Made by a program: the position numbers and the translations under genes | From: Flavobacteriales bacterium UBA7666 | GTDB lineage: Bacteria > Bacteroidota > Bacteroidia > Flavobacteriales_D > Crocinitomicaceae | Reading direction: 5' to 3' | Length of the DNA: 64,000 nt | Assembly: GCA_002483265.1 (NCBI GenBank) | Contig: DLHO01000022.1 | Span: 18,308 to 82,307 of the forward strand | Notes under the pieces: model-generated | Seen by the model: only the letters and a program-made list of their open reading frames with translations | What the model was told of the DNA's origin: nothing | The model's database searches: none | Shown here: piece by piece, positions 8,108 to 17,942 of the stretch | Layout of the letters: every line of letters begins with the position of its first letter | Position numbering within the stretch: position 1 is the stretch's first letter

Positions 8108-10342
8108 ATTTTCAATTAGGTTTCCAAGTGCATTATCAAAAATCTCTTTTGCTTCAGAGATAAATCCGAAATGCTCATCGTCAACCATCATTTTACCTTT
8201 TGTAACATGACCAAGAAGTGTGTAATTCACACCGCTTCCCATCATGAATTCAATGAAGTCTTCTTCGGTGTTTTCTGAAACAGTCACTACGACACGACTT
8301 TGAGCTTCACCAAATAAGAAAGCATCTTCACGAACTTCTGAGTCAGTAACGATATCGAAACCAAGTCCGCGAGGCATAGACATTTCAACCAATGAAACGA
8401 ACAATCCACCGTCAGCACAATCGTGCGCTGAGTTGATTAATTCCTGACTGATCAATCCTTTTACTGCTTCTTGCAAAACGTATTCTTTTTCCAAATCGAA
8501 ATGTGGAGCAGGAGAAGCTTCAATTTTGTGGTATTTCGCCAAATATTCAGAAGATGAAATATCGTTTACACAATCTCCAAGAATGAAGATCAAATCACCT
8601 TTTTGTTTGAAATCCAAAGACATGATTTTTGACTTGTCTTCCACAACACCAATCATTCCGATTGTTGGAGTAGGGAAAACCGGGATCTCTTTTCCACCGA
8701 TATTACTTTGGTTGTAGAAAGAAACGTTTCCACCTGTTACCGGTGTTCCGAATTTCAAACAAGCTTTTGACATTCCTTTGATTGCACCTACAAATTGCCA
8801 GTAGGATTCCGGATTGTATGGGTTTCCAAAGTTCAAACAGTTTGTAATTGCGCTAGGAATTCCTCCCGAAACAACGATGTTACGAGCGGCTTCCGAAACT
8901 GCGATTGCCGTTCCGATTTCCGGATCTGCATTTACGTATCGTGAGTTGCAGTCAACTGTCATTGCTAAAGCCTTTTCAGTTCCTTTCAAGTTCACAATTC
9001 CAGCATTCGTTGGACGGTTGGTGGTCATTGTTTTTGTTCCAACCATGGAGTCGTACTGTTCGTAAACCCAACGCTTAGAAGCAATATTTGGCTGACTCAA
9101 TAAGAAGAAACCGATTTCCTTTAAGTTATCCGGTTGTTCTACTGAATCAATATTGAATTTTTTGTATTCCTGGTAATAAGCAGGTTCTGAATATTCACGT
9201 TGGTAAACTGGGGCACCACCTCCAAGAACCAATGATTCTGCAGGAACGTCTCCAACCAATTCTCCGTTCATGTAATAGCGAACACGACCGTCATCCGTAA
9301 CAGTTCCGATCTCTTCAGCGTGTAAGTCCCATTTATCAAAAATGCGTTTTACGATATCTTCTTTTCCTTTTTGGATCACAACCAACATACGTTCTTGAGA
9401 TTCCGAAAGCAAAATTTCATATGGAAGCATATTTTCCTGACGTGTAGGAACGCGATCCAAATGGATTTCCATTCCAACTCCGCCTCCAGCACTCATTTCA
9501 CAAGTAGAGCAAGTGATTCCTGCTGCACCCATGTCCTGCATTCCAACGATTGCATCGGTATTTGCCAATTCCATGGTAGCTTCCAAAAGCAATTTCTCCA
9601 TGAAAGGATCCCCAACCTGAACAGATGGTAAATCCTGAGCGGACTCTTCTGTAATATCTTTAGATGCAAATGCAGCTCCAGCGATTCCGTCTTTACCTGT
9701 GGAAGAACCCACGATGTAAACCGGATTTCCCGGTCCTTTCGCTTTTGCAGAAATAACTTTCTTCGTATCGATGATTCCTGCAGAAAATGCATTTACCAAC
9801 GGGTTTTGGTTATAAGATTTATCGAAGAATACTTCTCCTCCAACGATTGGAATTCCGAAAGCATTTCCGTAATCACCAATTCCTTTAACAACCCCTTTTA
9901 CTAACCATTTTGTGCGGGCTTCAGAGATATCTCCAAAACGCAATGAGTTTAACTGTGCAACCGGACGAGCTCCCATTGTGAAAATGTCGCGGTTGATTCC
10001 ACCAACTCCAGTTGCAGCTCCTTGATAAGGCTCCAAAGCAGAAGGGTGATTGTGAGATTCTATTTTGAAAACACAACCGATTCCACCTCCCAAGTCTACT
10101 AATCCAGCGTTTTCTTCACCAGCTTTTACCAACATGTGCGGGCCATCTTTCGGTAACTGTTTTAACCAATAAATGGAATTTTTGTAAGAACAGTGTTCAG
10201 ACCACATGACAGAATAAACTGCTGTTTCAGTGAAGTTTGGTGTACGACCTAAAATTCCTTTGATCATTTCAAATTCATCAGCTCGTAAACCTAATTCAAC
10301 CGCTTGCTCAAGCGTAGCTTCTTGTTTAATGGAAGTACTCAT
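8105..10342 (-). CDS. purL: Phosphoribosylformylglycinamidine synthase subunit PurL
   Basis: MWSEHCSYK, GEENAG, KIESHNHPS and QDMGAAG motifs. Start at 10342 follows a TACTTTTG -7 box (10361-10368); ORF track starts at 10363. Confidence 0.97.
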   Translation of the reverse strand: MSTSIKQEATLEQAVELGLRADEFEMIKGILGRTPNFTETAVYSVMWSEHCSYKNSIYWLKQLPKDGPHMLVKAGEENAGLVDLGGGIGCVFKIESHNHPSALEPYQGAATGVGGINRDIFTMGARPVAQLNSLRFGDISEARTKWLVKGVVKGIGDYGNAFGIPIVGGEVFFDKSYNQNPLVNAFSAGIIDTKKVISAKAKGPGNPVYIVGSSTGKDGIAGAAFASKDITEESAQDLPSVQVGDPFMEKLLLEATMELANTDAIVGMQDMGAAGITCSTCEMSAGGGVGMEIHLDRVPTRQENMLPYEILLSESQERMLVVIQKGKEDIVKRIFDKWDLHAEEIGTVTDDGRVRYYMNGELVGDVPAESLVLGGGAPVYQREYSEPAYYQEYKKFNIDSVEQPDNLKEIGFFLLSQPNIASKRWVYEQYDSMVGTKTMTTNRPTNAGIVNLKGTEKALAMTVDCNSRYVNADPEIGTAIAVSEAARNIVVSGGIPSAITNCLNFGNPYNPESYWQFVGAIKGMSKACLKFGTPVTGGNVSFYNQSNIGGKEIPVFPTPTIGMIGVVEDKSKIMSLDFKQKGDLIFILGDCVNDISSSEYLAKYHKIEASPAPHFDLEKEYVLQEAVKGLISQELINSAHDCADGGLFVSLVEMSMPRGLGFDIVTDSEVREDAFLFGEAQSRVVVTVSENTEEDFIEFMMGSGVNYTLLGHVTKGKMMVDDEHFGFISEAKEIFDNALGNLIEN

Positions 10343-10428
10343 TTTGTTATAACTTTGATGCAAAAGTAATCATTCCTTTGTTCATAGGAGGTTGAACTTT
10401 TCCGTTTTTTTCCACAGAATAACAGTTG

Positions 10429-10497
10429 GAATTATCAATTATTAATTATCAAGAGGGAGACTTCTTGATAATTACAAGCTTCATAATTGATAATTAA
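10429..10497. repeat. AATTATC heptamer-based inverted repeat
   Basis: AATTATCAATTA...TAATTATCAAGA / TCTTGATAATTA...TAATTGATAATT between the divergent purL and membrane protein genes. Confidence 0.55.
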
Positions 10498-10514
10498 TTT
10501 AATTTAGAGCCCAC

Positions 10515-11963
10515 ATGATATTTACACTAGTCCTGATTGGTTTAACTTGGTTTGTTTGGAAGTTCAAAACAGATGGTTTGTCGCGAACTAATTTGCTGAT
10601 TGGGTGGGGGATTAAAGTTCTTTTTGGTGTTTTGTTTATGATTGTCCATACCAAGATTTACGGTATAGGTGAAATTACCGTTGACTGGGAAGAATACATG
10701 GAGGATAGCATGACATTAAATGGTGTCGCTTATCAGTCGTTTGGTGATTACCTGAAGTTTTTATTCGGAATGAACTCAGAAGCCGCGATTCAGCAGTATT
10801 TAGCAAATACAAATCATTGGTCGGCCGGAGACTTGGATCTAATGAATGACTCACGAAATGTTTTGCGCGTAAATAGTTTAATTGTATTCCTTTCCAAAGG
10901 AAATGTGTACGTCCATATTTTATTTTTCTCTTTCTTTTCTTTCATTGGATTACGTGAAATCTTTCTTGCATTTAAGAATCGTGTTTTTTATGATAAACGC
11001 TGGTTTTGGTTCGCATTGTTTCTCTTCCCTACTTTAAGTTTCTGGACGAGTTCTGTTTTGAAAGAGCCCTTGATGCTTTTAGGATTTGCTTTTCTTTTGA
11101 ATGCACTCCTTGGAGAATTATCCTGGAAATCCCGTATTTGGAGAATCGTCCTCGGTTTTGTATTGATGCTAGGGTTCAAGCCATACGTACTAGGATGTTT
11201 GCTGCTGTGTATTCCGATGTTTTTATTAGGGAAGTTTGTTTTTAAGAAACGTGTGTTCTTAGCTCCATTGACCATTTTCGGAGTTATTGCAATTGTATTC
11301 ATGCTGTTTGGAGGCCTAAGAACAAATGTAACTCATCGCCTCACGCGGATGCAATTTGATTTTATCAATGTTGGAAGGGGAGGAACTCATGTATCTGCAG
11401 ATTCTTGCTTTTATTATTTCAGTAAGGATCAGTACCCCTATTTGAATTTTCTGGAGAATAGAACTGTTCAGGTTAAAAGGGATCTAACAGCTAAAAAAGT
11501 AACGTTCGGAATGAATTATCCATTTCAGGATGTTCAATTAAAACCGAGCGAAGGTCCTTGGAAAGTTGTCTTTATGGGGAATGAATGTGGAAGTTATATC
11601 GAGTTGACACCAATTGGGAATGATTTTAGCCGACTGATTAAAAATGTACCGGAAGCACTTTCGAATGCGACTTTCAGGCCTACTTTTTGGGATCCGGGAG
11701 GGAAGCTTAAAATCATTAGTTTTTTAGAAACAATAGGTTTATTTGTGCTCCTTACTTTTGGGTTTTGGCACAATCGAAAATACCGAACAGCGGAAGAAAA
11801 GAATATCCTGTTTTTTCTACTCACTTTTTCTGTTGTTTTATTGGTGTTAATCGGTTGGACAACTCCGGTTTTGGGAGCAATTGTTCGTTATCGAATGCCT
11901 GCATATTTAACCCTGTTTTTGATGGCTTTTATCGGTTCAAGACCGTTCAAATTTAAATTATGA
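10515..11963 (+). CDS. Polytopic membrane protein, possibly GT-C/Wzy-like
   Basis: 482 aa, about 11 hydrophobic segments, FWTSSVLKE loop, a large soluble loop and C-terminal GAIVRYR; family by resemblance only. Confidence 0.65.
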   Translation: MIFTLVLIGLTWFVWKFKTDGLSRTNLLIGWGIKVLFGVLFMIVHTKIYGIGEITVDWEEYMEDSMTLNGVAYQSFGDYLKFLFGMNSEAAIQQYLANTNHWSAGDLDLMNDSRNVLRVNSLIVFLSKGNVYVHILFFSFFSFIGLREIFLAFKNRVFYDKRWFWFALFLFPTLSFWTSSVLKEPLMLLGFAFLLNALLGELSWKSRIWRIVLGFVLMLGFKPYVLGCLLLCIPMFLLGKFVFKKRVFLAPLTIFGVIAIVFMLFGGLRTNVTHRLTRMQFDFINVGRGGTHVSADSCFYYFSKDQYPYLNFLENRTVQVKRDLTAKKVTFGMNYPFQDVQLKPSEGPWKVVFMGNECGSYIELTPIGNDFSRLIKNVPEALSNATFRPTFWDPGGKLKIISFLETIGLFVLLTFGFWHNRKYRTAEEKNILFFLLTFSVVLLVLIGWTTPVLGAIVRYRMPAYLTLFLMAFIGSRPFKFKL

Positions 11964-12724
11964 AGAAATACGTTTTTATTACCGGAGCAACTGCCGGTTT
12001 TGGAGAAGCAACAGCGCGAATATTTGCTGATAATGGCTGGAACCTGATTTTAACCGGGCGACGAATGGAGCGTTTGGAATTAGTAAAAAAAGAACTTCAA
12101 GCGAAGGGAGTTGACATCGTATTGCTGAATTTTGATGTGCGAATTGAAAATGAAGTGAATCAAGCAGTTCATTCCTTATCGGAAGAAGTGAAAAGCAATT
12201 TGGCTATTTTGATTAATAACGCAGGGTTGGCAGTTGGTCGCGGACCGATAGATTCCGGTGAAACGGATGACTGGGATCGGATGATTGATACCAACGTGAA
12301 AGGATTGTTGTATGTAACACGTGCTATTTCTCCGATTTTGAAGAAGAACGGAGGCGGACATATTGTAAACATTGCAAGTATCGCCGGCAAAGAAGTGTAT
12401 GCAGGAGGAAATGTTTACTGTGCTACCAAACATGCTGTTGATGCATTGTCCCGAGCGATCCGAATTGATTTAGTACATGATCATATAAAAGTGACAAATA
12501 TTGCTCCCGGTGCAGCAGAAACAGAGTTTTCTCTGGTGCGGTTTAAAGGAGATGAACAAACAGCTAAAAATGTATACGATGGATTTGATCCGCTGATGGC
12601 AGAAGACATTGCTGATGCGGTTTATTACGTTTGTTCCAGACCAAAACATGTTTGTATTAACGATTTGGTGATTATGCCAAGCGCACAGGCGAGTTCAACA
12701 ATTTTTCATAAAAACCATTCCTAA
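11960..12724 (+). CDS. SDR family NAD(P)-dependent oxidoreductase (YdfG-like)
   Basis: TGATAGFG, NNAGLA and YCATK catalytic motif. Confidence 0.93.
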   Translation: MKKYVFITGATAGFGEATARIFADNGWNLILTGRRMERLELVKKELQAKGVDIVLLNFDVRIENEVNQAVHSLSEEVKSNLAILINNAGLAVGRGPIDSGETDDWDRMIDTNVKGLLYVTRAISPILKKNGGGHIVNIASIAGKEVYAGGNVYCATKHAVDALSRAIRIDLVHDHIKVTNIAPGAAETEFSLVRFKGDEQTAKNVYDGFDPLMAEDIADAVYYVCSRPKHVCINDLVIMPSAQASSTIFHKNHS

Positions 12725-14352
12725 TGCGATATTTTCAGTTCTTTTTGGTTTTATTGGTCGGTGCTTCCTGCATGAAAGGCCAATCCGTTGATTTGGTAAT
12801 CCACAATGCGAAGATCCATACGATGGATGATAAAAATTCTGTTGTACAAGCTATTGCAATCCGGGATGGAAAAGTGGTAGAAGTTGGTCCGGATCGCCAG
12901 ATCATGAATAAATACAGTGCAGACGAATTTATCGATGCAGAAGGAAAAGATATTTTTCCCGGATTGGCAGATGCGCACGGGCACTTGATGAGTTTGGCGC
13001 GCCAAAGGCTATCGGTAAATCTGGTTGGAACAGCTTCCATGGAAGAGTTGATTGTTCGGGTAGAAAAGTATTCGCAGCGAAAAGAACGTGCTGTAATTGT
13101 TGGCGGAGGCTGGGATCAAAGTTTGTGGAATACTAAAGACTTACCCACAAATGAACTGTTGAATGAAAAATTCCCGAATAAACCGGTGGTTTTGTATCGG
13201 ATTGACGGACATGCAGTTTTGGCAAATAATGCAGCACTGAAGAAATACGGAGTAACTGAATTGTCTCACATTGATGGTGGTGCGATTTTGAAAAAGGAAG
13301 ACGGAAGTTTGACAGGAATTTTATTAGATAACGCTATTTCATTAATTAGTGATCGGCTGCCTGATTTTCCAGATAATGAGTTGACTAAGGCTCTAATGGA
13401 AATCCAACAGGAATTATATGGATATGGAATCACAGATGTGCATGAGGCAGGTTTAACTCCGCACGATTTCAAACTTATTCGCCGTTTGGTGAATGACAAT
13501 AAACTCACGATTGGAATTTATGGAATGTTGTATCCCGAAAAGGAAAATGCCGACTTCGCTAAGGAACATGGATTTCTAACCGAAAAAAACTTACTTGTTC
13601 GGTCATTTAAGGTTATTGGTGATGGAGCTCTAGGGTCAAGAGGAGCACTTTTAAAGCTACCTTATTCGGATGATCTGCACAATCATGGTTTATTGACGAC
13701 TTCCCTTGCCGATATGAAACGCTATTCTTCATTGGCTGAATTGACGGGATATCAATTGAATATTCACGCAATCGGAGATTCTACCAATCGTCTGGTGTTG
13801 GAGTTAATTCGGGATTATTCGAAAAAGAATCCGGATCATCGCTGGAGATTGGAGCATGCACAAGTAATTGACCCGAAAGATTTTGATTTGCTGGAAAGCT
13901 CAGGAGCATTTCCTTCTGTGCAGCCAACTCATGCCGTGAGTGATCAACGCTGGGCAGAATCACGTTTGGGTAAAGCGCGTTTGAAAGGAGCGTATGCTTA
14001 CAATACCTTGTTAAAAAGAGCAGGCATGTTAGCGATCGGGACCGATTTCCCGGTTGAAAGCACCAATCCGTTCCTGACCATTCATGCAGCTGTAAACAGA
14101 AAGAATGCAGAAGGCGATCCGATAGATGGATTTTTGATTGAAGAAGCGCTTACGGAAGAAGCGTGTTTGCGTGGAATGACTATTTGGGCAGCTTTTGCTA
14201 GTTTTCAGGAAGAAACCAAAGGAAGTTTGGAAAAAGGAAAGGATGCTACTTTGGTAATTTTGGAAAGTCCGTTCTCTTCAAAAGGATCCTATAATCCGAA
14301 TTATTCCAACAGGACATTTGTCAAAGGAAAAGTGGTGTTTTCTATGGAATAA
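12724..14352 (+). CDS. Amidohydrolase family 3 (YtcJ-like)
   Basis: PGLADAHGH, DGALGSRGA, IHAIGD, RLEHAQ and GTDFP metal-binding motifs. Confidence 0.92.
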   Translation: MRYFQFFLVLLVGASCMKGQSVDLVIHNAKIHTMDDKNSVVQAIAIRDGKVVEVGPDRQIMNKYSADEFIDAEGKDIFPGLADAHGHLMSLARQRLSVNLVGTASMEELIVRVEKYSQRKERAVIVGGGWDQSLWNTKDLPTNELLNEKFPNKPVVLYRIDGHAVLANNAALKKYGVTELSHIDGGAILKKEDGSLTGILLDNAISLISDRLPDFPDNELTKALMEIQQELYGYGITDVHEAGLTPHDFKLIRRLVNDNKLTIGIYGMLYPEKENADFAKEHGFLTEKNLLVRSFKVIGDGALGSRGALLKLPYSDDLHNHGLLTTSLADMKRYSSLAELTGYQLNIHAIGDSTNRLVLELIRDYSKKNPDHRWRLEHAQVIDPKDFDLLESSGAFPSVQPTHAVSDQRWAESRLGKARLKGAYAYNTLLKRAGMLAIGTDFPVESTNPFLTIHAAVNRKNAEGDPIDGFLIEEALTEEACLRGMTIWAAFASFQEETKGSLEKGKDATLVILESPFSSKGSYNPNYSNRTFVKGKVVFSME

Positions 14353-14381
14353 AAAAGGGTTCGCCGGCAAACGAACCCTAC
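14353..14381 (+). terminator. Hairpin after the amidohydrolase stop
   Basis: AGGGTTCG (14356-14363) / CGAACCCT (14372-14379); the A-tract precedes it, so it suits the minus strand better. Confidence 0.45.
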
Positions 14382-14611
14382 AAACCAAAAAACCAAAAAC
14401 GATCAAACACAAGTCAGTAATTCTTTGTAACTTTCCAACTAGTTCATGAATTGCACTTGATCGAAGTTAGAAACTATATTCCCACAATATAAAAGTATGA
14501 ACTAGTTTCTTAACATCATGCTGTGAAAAAACAAACGATGGTTTTGGATGAACATTTTTGCGCTATTGCTTAATTTTTAATACATATATTGTGAGTGCTA
14601 TTACAACTGAT

Positions 14612-16387
14612 ATGAATGAAGTAAGACGACTATTTGACGTGCCTGCTTATCAATTGAATAACTTTCCAAACGCCTCCATGTTTGTTACCAAAACTGAGGG
14701 GGTGTGGGTACCTATGACGACCGAAGGATTTGTAGCGCTTACAAATCAAATTTCCAAGGGACTTGTGGCACTCGGTGTTTCAGTTGGTGAACGTGTGGCA
14801 TTGGTTTCACCAAACCGGGTGGAGTGGAATATCATGGATATTGCAATCCAACAGGTGGGAGCCGTTGTGGTTCCGGTTTATCCGAATATTTCGGAGCACG
14901 ATTATGTGTACATTTTTAATGACGCAGGAATTCGTCATGCATTTGTTGGAGGTGAAGAATTATCCCATAAAATTCAAGGGGTATCTTCCCAAATTCCTTC
15001 TTTGGAAAAGATCTTTACGTTTGATCAACTCCCAGATTTTGCTAATTATAAAGACTTAATTGCACTGGGTTCGGATATTCCTCAGAATAAGATCACGGAA
15101 TTAAAGGCAAATGTGCGCAATCAGGATTTAGCTACGATCATTTATACCTCCGGAACAACTGGAAATCCGAAAGGAGTTATGTTATCTCATAACAACCTGC
15201 TTTCCAATGTGCTTTCCTGTAAGTTTAGTATTCCGGCTGATGAAACTTCACGTGTATTGACATTCTTACCGGTTTGTCACGTATATGAACGCATGTTGCA
15301 TTACCTATATATGTATTGCGGATCTTCAATCTATTTCGCAGAATCAATGGATACAATTGGTGAGAACCTGAAGGAGGTAAAACCGAATGTGTTCACAGCA
15401 GTTCCGCGTTTATTGGAAAAGGTCTTCGATAAGATTATGCTGACAGGTGAGGGATTGACCGGCTTTAAACGCAGAATATTCTTCTGGTCGGTTGGCGTTG
15501 CGGAACAATATCACACGGGAAAACTAGGATTTTGGTATAGGATTAAATTGGGAATTGCCCGTAAACTGGTATTCTCAAAATGGCAGGCAGCGTTGGGAGG
15601 TGAAGTAAAAGCCGTAGCTTCAGGTTCTGCAGCATTGCAGCCTCGCTTAGCACAAATTTTTATGGCTGCAGGAATTCCGGTATTGGAAGGTTATGGGTTA
15701 ACGGAAACTTCTCCGGTGATTTCCGTAAACTGTTTGAAAAAAGGAGTGAAGATTGGAACTGTTGGGCCACTGATTGATGGTGTGAAGGTGAAAATTGCTG
15801 AAGACGGAGAGATTTTGGTGAAAGGGCCGAATGTCATGATTGGTTATTACAATTTACCAGATAAAACTGCTGAGGCTATTGATTCGCAAGGCTGGTTCCA
15901 TACGGGGGATATCGGAACGTTTGAAGATGGAATCTTCTTGAAGATAACCGACCGTAAGAAAGAAATTTTTAAAACTTCAGGAGGGAAATACATTATTCCG
16001 CAAGCAATGGAAAACACTTTCAAAGAATCGCGATTTATAGAACAAATCATGGTTTTGGGTGAAGGACAGAAATTTCCTTCCGCATTCATTGTTCCTGCAT
16101 TCCCGTTTGTGAAAGAATGGGCGAATCGTAAGAACATCCAAATTGGAACAACGAATGAAGAGATTGCGAAGAATCCGGATGTGATTGCACGTGTTCAAAA
16201 GGAAGTAGATCGCATCAATGAAGGTTACGGAAGCTGGGAGAAAATCAAGAAGTTTGCGCTCTTGCCTCAGGAATTTGGAATTGCAACCGGTGAATTGACT
16301 CCGACACTAAAATTAAAACGAAAGATTATTCTTGAACAGTATAAAACGATTGTGGATGGTTTTTATAAGGAAGATCATCATGAGTAA
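14612..16387 (+). CDS. Long-chain fatty acid-CoA ligase (AMP-dependent synthetase)
   Basis: IIYTSGTTGNPKG, EGYGLTETSP, WFHTGDIG and ITDRKK motifs. ORF track starts at 14558. Confidence 0.93.
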   Translation: MNEVRRLFDVPAYQLNNFPNASMFVTKTEGVWVPMTTEGFVALTNQISKGLVALGVSVGERVALVSPNRVEWNIMDIAIQQVGAVVVPVYPNISEHDYVYIFNDAGIRHAFVGGEELSHKIQGVSSQIPSLEKIFTFDQLPDFANYKDLIALGSDIPQNKITELKANVRNQDLATIIYTSGTTGNPKGVMLSHNNLLSNVLSCKFSIPADETSRVLTFLPVCHVYERMLHYLYMYCGSSIYFAESMDTIGENLKEVKPNVFTAVPRLLEKVFDKIMLTGEGLTGFKRRIFFWSVGVAEQYHTGKLGFWYRIKLGIARKLVFSKWQAALGGEVKAVASGSAALQPRLAQIFMAAGIPVLEGYGLTETSPVISVNCLKKGVKIGTVGPLIDGVKVKIAEDGEILVKGPNVMIGYYNLPDKTAEAIDSQGWFHTGDIGTFEDGIFLKITDRKKEIFKTSGGKYIIPQAMENTFKESRFIEQIMVLGEGQKFPSAFIVPAFPFVKEWANRKNIQIGTTNEEIAKNPDVIARVQKEVDRINEGYGSWEKIKKFALLPQEFGIATGELTPTLKLKRKIILEQYKTIVDGFYKEDHHE

Positions 16388-16401
16388 TTGAAAATTAAAA
16401 A

Positions 16402-16441
16402 AAAACAGTAGGGGCGGAAAATTTTCCGCCCCTACTGTTTT
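16402..16441. repeat. GTAG-type REP-like 40-bp perfect palindrome, may also terminate transcription
   Basis: AAAACAGTAGGGGCGGAAAA|TTTTCCGCCCCTACTGTTTT read directly from the sequence. Confidence 0.75.
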
Positions 16442-16489
16442 ATGGTTTGGAATAGTTATTTTCACGATAACTATTCACAACTTATTATT

Positions 16490-17863
16490 ATGCAGGTTCA
16501 GGCAAATCATCAATCAGAAAAATCCAATCAATCAGAAAATAAACTGACTTCTGAAAAACCCTATGCAGGAGGTATTGCAACTTTTCAATTTGCAGATAAC
16601 CGAGAGGAAGCTGCTCAACTGCGGGAAATACAGGCAGGCGGTGACAATAGCTCGGGTTCAAAGCAAATAGCACAGTTGAAGGTAAGCCAGGACACCTTAA
16701 GTATTCAACGGAAGATCAATAAAACCGGATTGCCGGATAATTTGAAGTCCGGGATTGAAAATCTTTCCGGTTATAGCATGGATCAGGTAAAAGTGCATTA
16801 TAATTCGGATAAACCTGCCCAATTGCAAGCTCATGCTTATGCGCAAGGAACAGATATACATGTTGCTTCGGGACAGGAAAAACATGTGCCTCATGAAGCT
16901 TGGCATGTGGTGCAGCAAATGCAGGGAAGGGTAAACCCAACGATGCAATTGAAGGGAAATGGAATAAATGATGATGCAGGATTGGAAAAAGAAGCAGATG
17001 TTCTTGGAAGTAAAGCTTTACAAGCCGGAAATTTGGAAAATGCACATGTTCAACAAAATAAATCCTATTTGCCAATCCAGAAAAAATCCAGCAACCCGAT
17101 TCAGAGAGTAACGATTATTACGAATAAATCAACAGAGCTAAAGTACGAAGAGGCTTCAACCAGTGATGATGAGACACAAGAAGTTGGTACGGAAATGAAG
17201 GCGATATTAGACCCAAAGAACCCTGTTCAGGGAACCGGAACAACCACACAAAAAGCGGATTTATACGCTAGTTTACGTACTTATTATCCTGGTGATAAAT
17301 ATGTGCAGGGACATTTGTTGAATGCTCGTTTGGGAGGGCAGGCAAAAACAGAAAATCTTTTCCCAATTACAGAGGAAGCGAATAAAAGTCATGCTGAATT
17401 TGAATTGCTAGCTAAACAAGTATTACTCAGCGAGTATGAGAAGGCGGAAGATGGGAAACCTTATTCCTATGTTGGATATAATGTAACAATTACAGAAAAG
17501 AGTACAACCCCAAATTTTGATGATAGCCCAAATGCAGATATTGATTGTGACGTTCACTCGGTTAACCCGGTAAACGGAGCTAAAGGTCCTAGCGTAACAG
17601 CAAATATTAAATCGGTGCAATCGGCGGCTACAGATGGGGTTTCTACGAAACTGGACGAAGCAGGTTGGGGATATGCTAAAACGAAATCCGGAAAAAATGC
17701 AACGGGTTCTGGCAGTGGGCCTAATGAGACCAGATGGTTTGATGCAGTTGATATTGTAGAACTTCCTGATTTTAAACTGAAATTCCCTGGGGGAGTAGCA
17801 AAATTACGAGGAGGAAGGGTGAAAGCTAATGGTAAAGTGCTTTCTGTGGAAATAACCGATTAA
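16490..17863 (+). CDS. DUF4157 (eCIS core domain) protein with C-terminal His-Me DNA/RNA non-specific endonuclease; putative toxin effector
   Basis: N-terminal TGLPDNLKSGIENLSG...AHAYAQGTDIH...HEAWHVVQQ...LEKEAD; C-terminal QGHLLNARLGG...NLFPITEEANKSH. ORF track starts at 16442. Confidence 0.87.
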   Translation: MQVQANHQSEKSNQSENKLTSEKPYAGGIATFQFADNREEAAQLREIQAGGDNSSGSKQIAQLKVSQDTLSIQRKINKTGLPDNLKSGIENLSGYSMDQVKVHYNSDKPAQLQAHAYAQGTDIHVASGQEKHVPHEAWHVVQQMQGRVNPTMQLKGNGINDDAGLEKEADVLGSKALQAGNLENAHVQQNKSYLPIQKKSSNPIQRVTIITNKSTELKYEEASTSDDETQEVGTEMKAILDPKNPVQGTGTTTQKADLYASLRTYYPGDKYVQGHLLNARLGGQAKTENLFPITEEANKSHAEFELLAKQVLLSEYEKAEDGKPYSYVGYNVTITEKSTTPNFDDSPNADIDCDVHSVNPVNGAKGPSVTANIKSVQSAATDGVSTKLDEAGWGYAKTKSGKNATGSGSGPNETRWFDAVDIVELPDFKLKFPGGVAKLRGGRVKANGKVLSVEITD

Positions 17864-17880
17864 GCTCGAAGAAATAATAA

Positions 17881-17908
17881 AAAAGGATCCGTTGTAGCAG
17901 ATCCTTTC
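17881..17908. terminator. Hairpin between convergent genes
   Basis: AAAGGATC / GATCCTTT arms. Confidence 0.55.
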
Positions 17909-17942
17909 ATGATAGGTTTAGTTTGCGGGTTTATTTATGATC

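Noticed and set aside
10445-10475. SAM-I riboswitch (TTATCAAGAG start)
   Set aside because: The arm closes at once with TTCTTGATAA, and the P2-P4 core motifs are absent.
14437-14507. TrpR operator (AACTAGTT)
   Set aside because: The context is a fatty-acid ligase in Bacteroidota with no trp genes; kept only as an unassigned IR.
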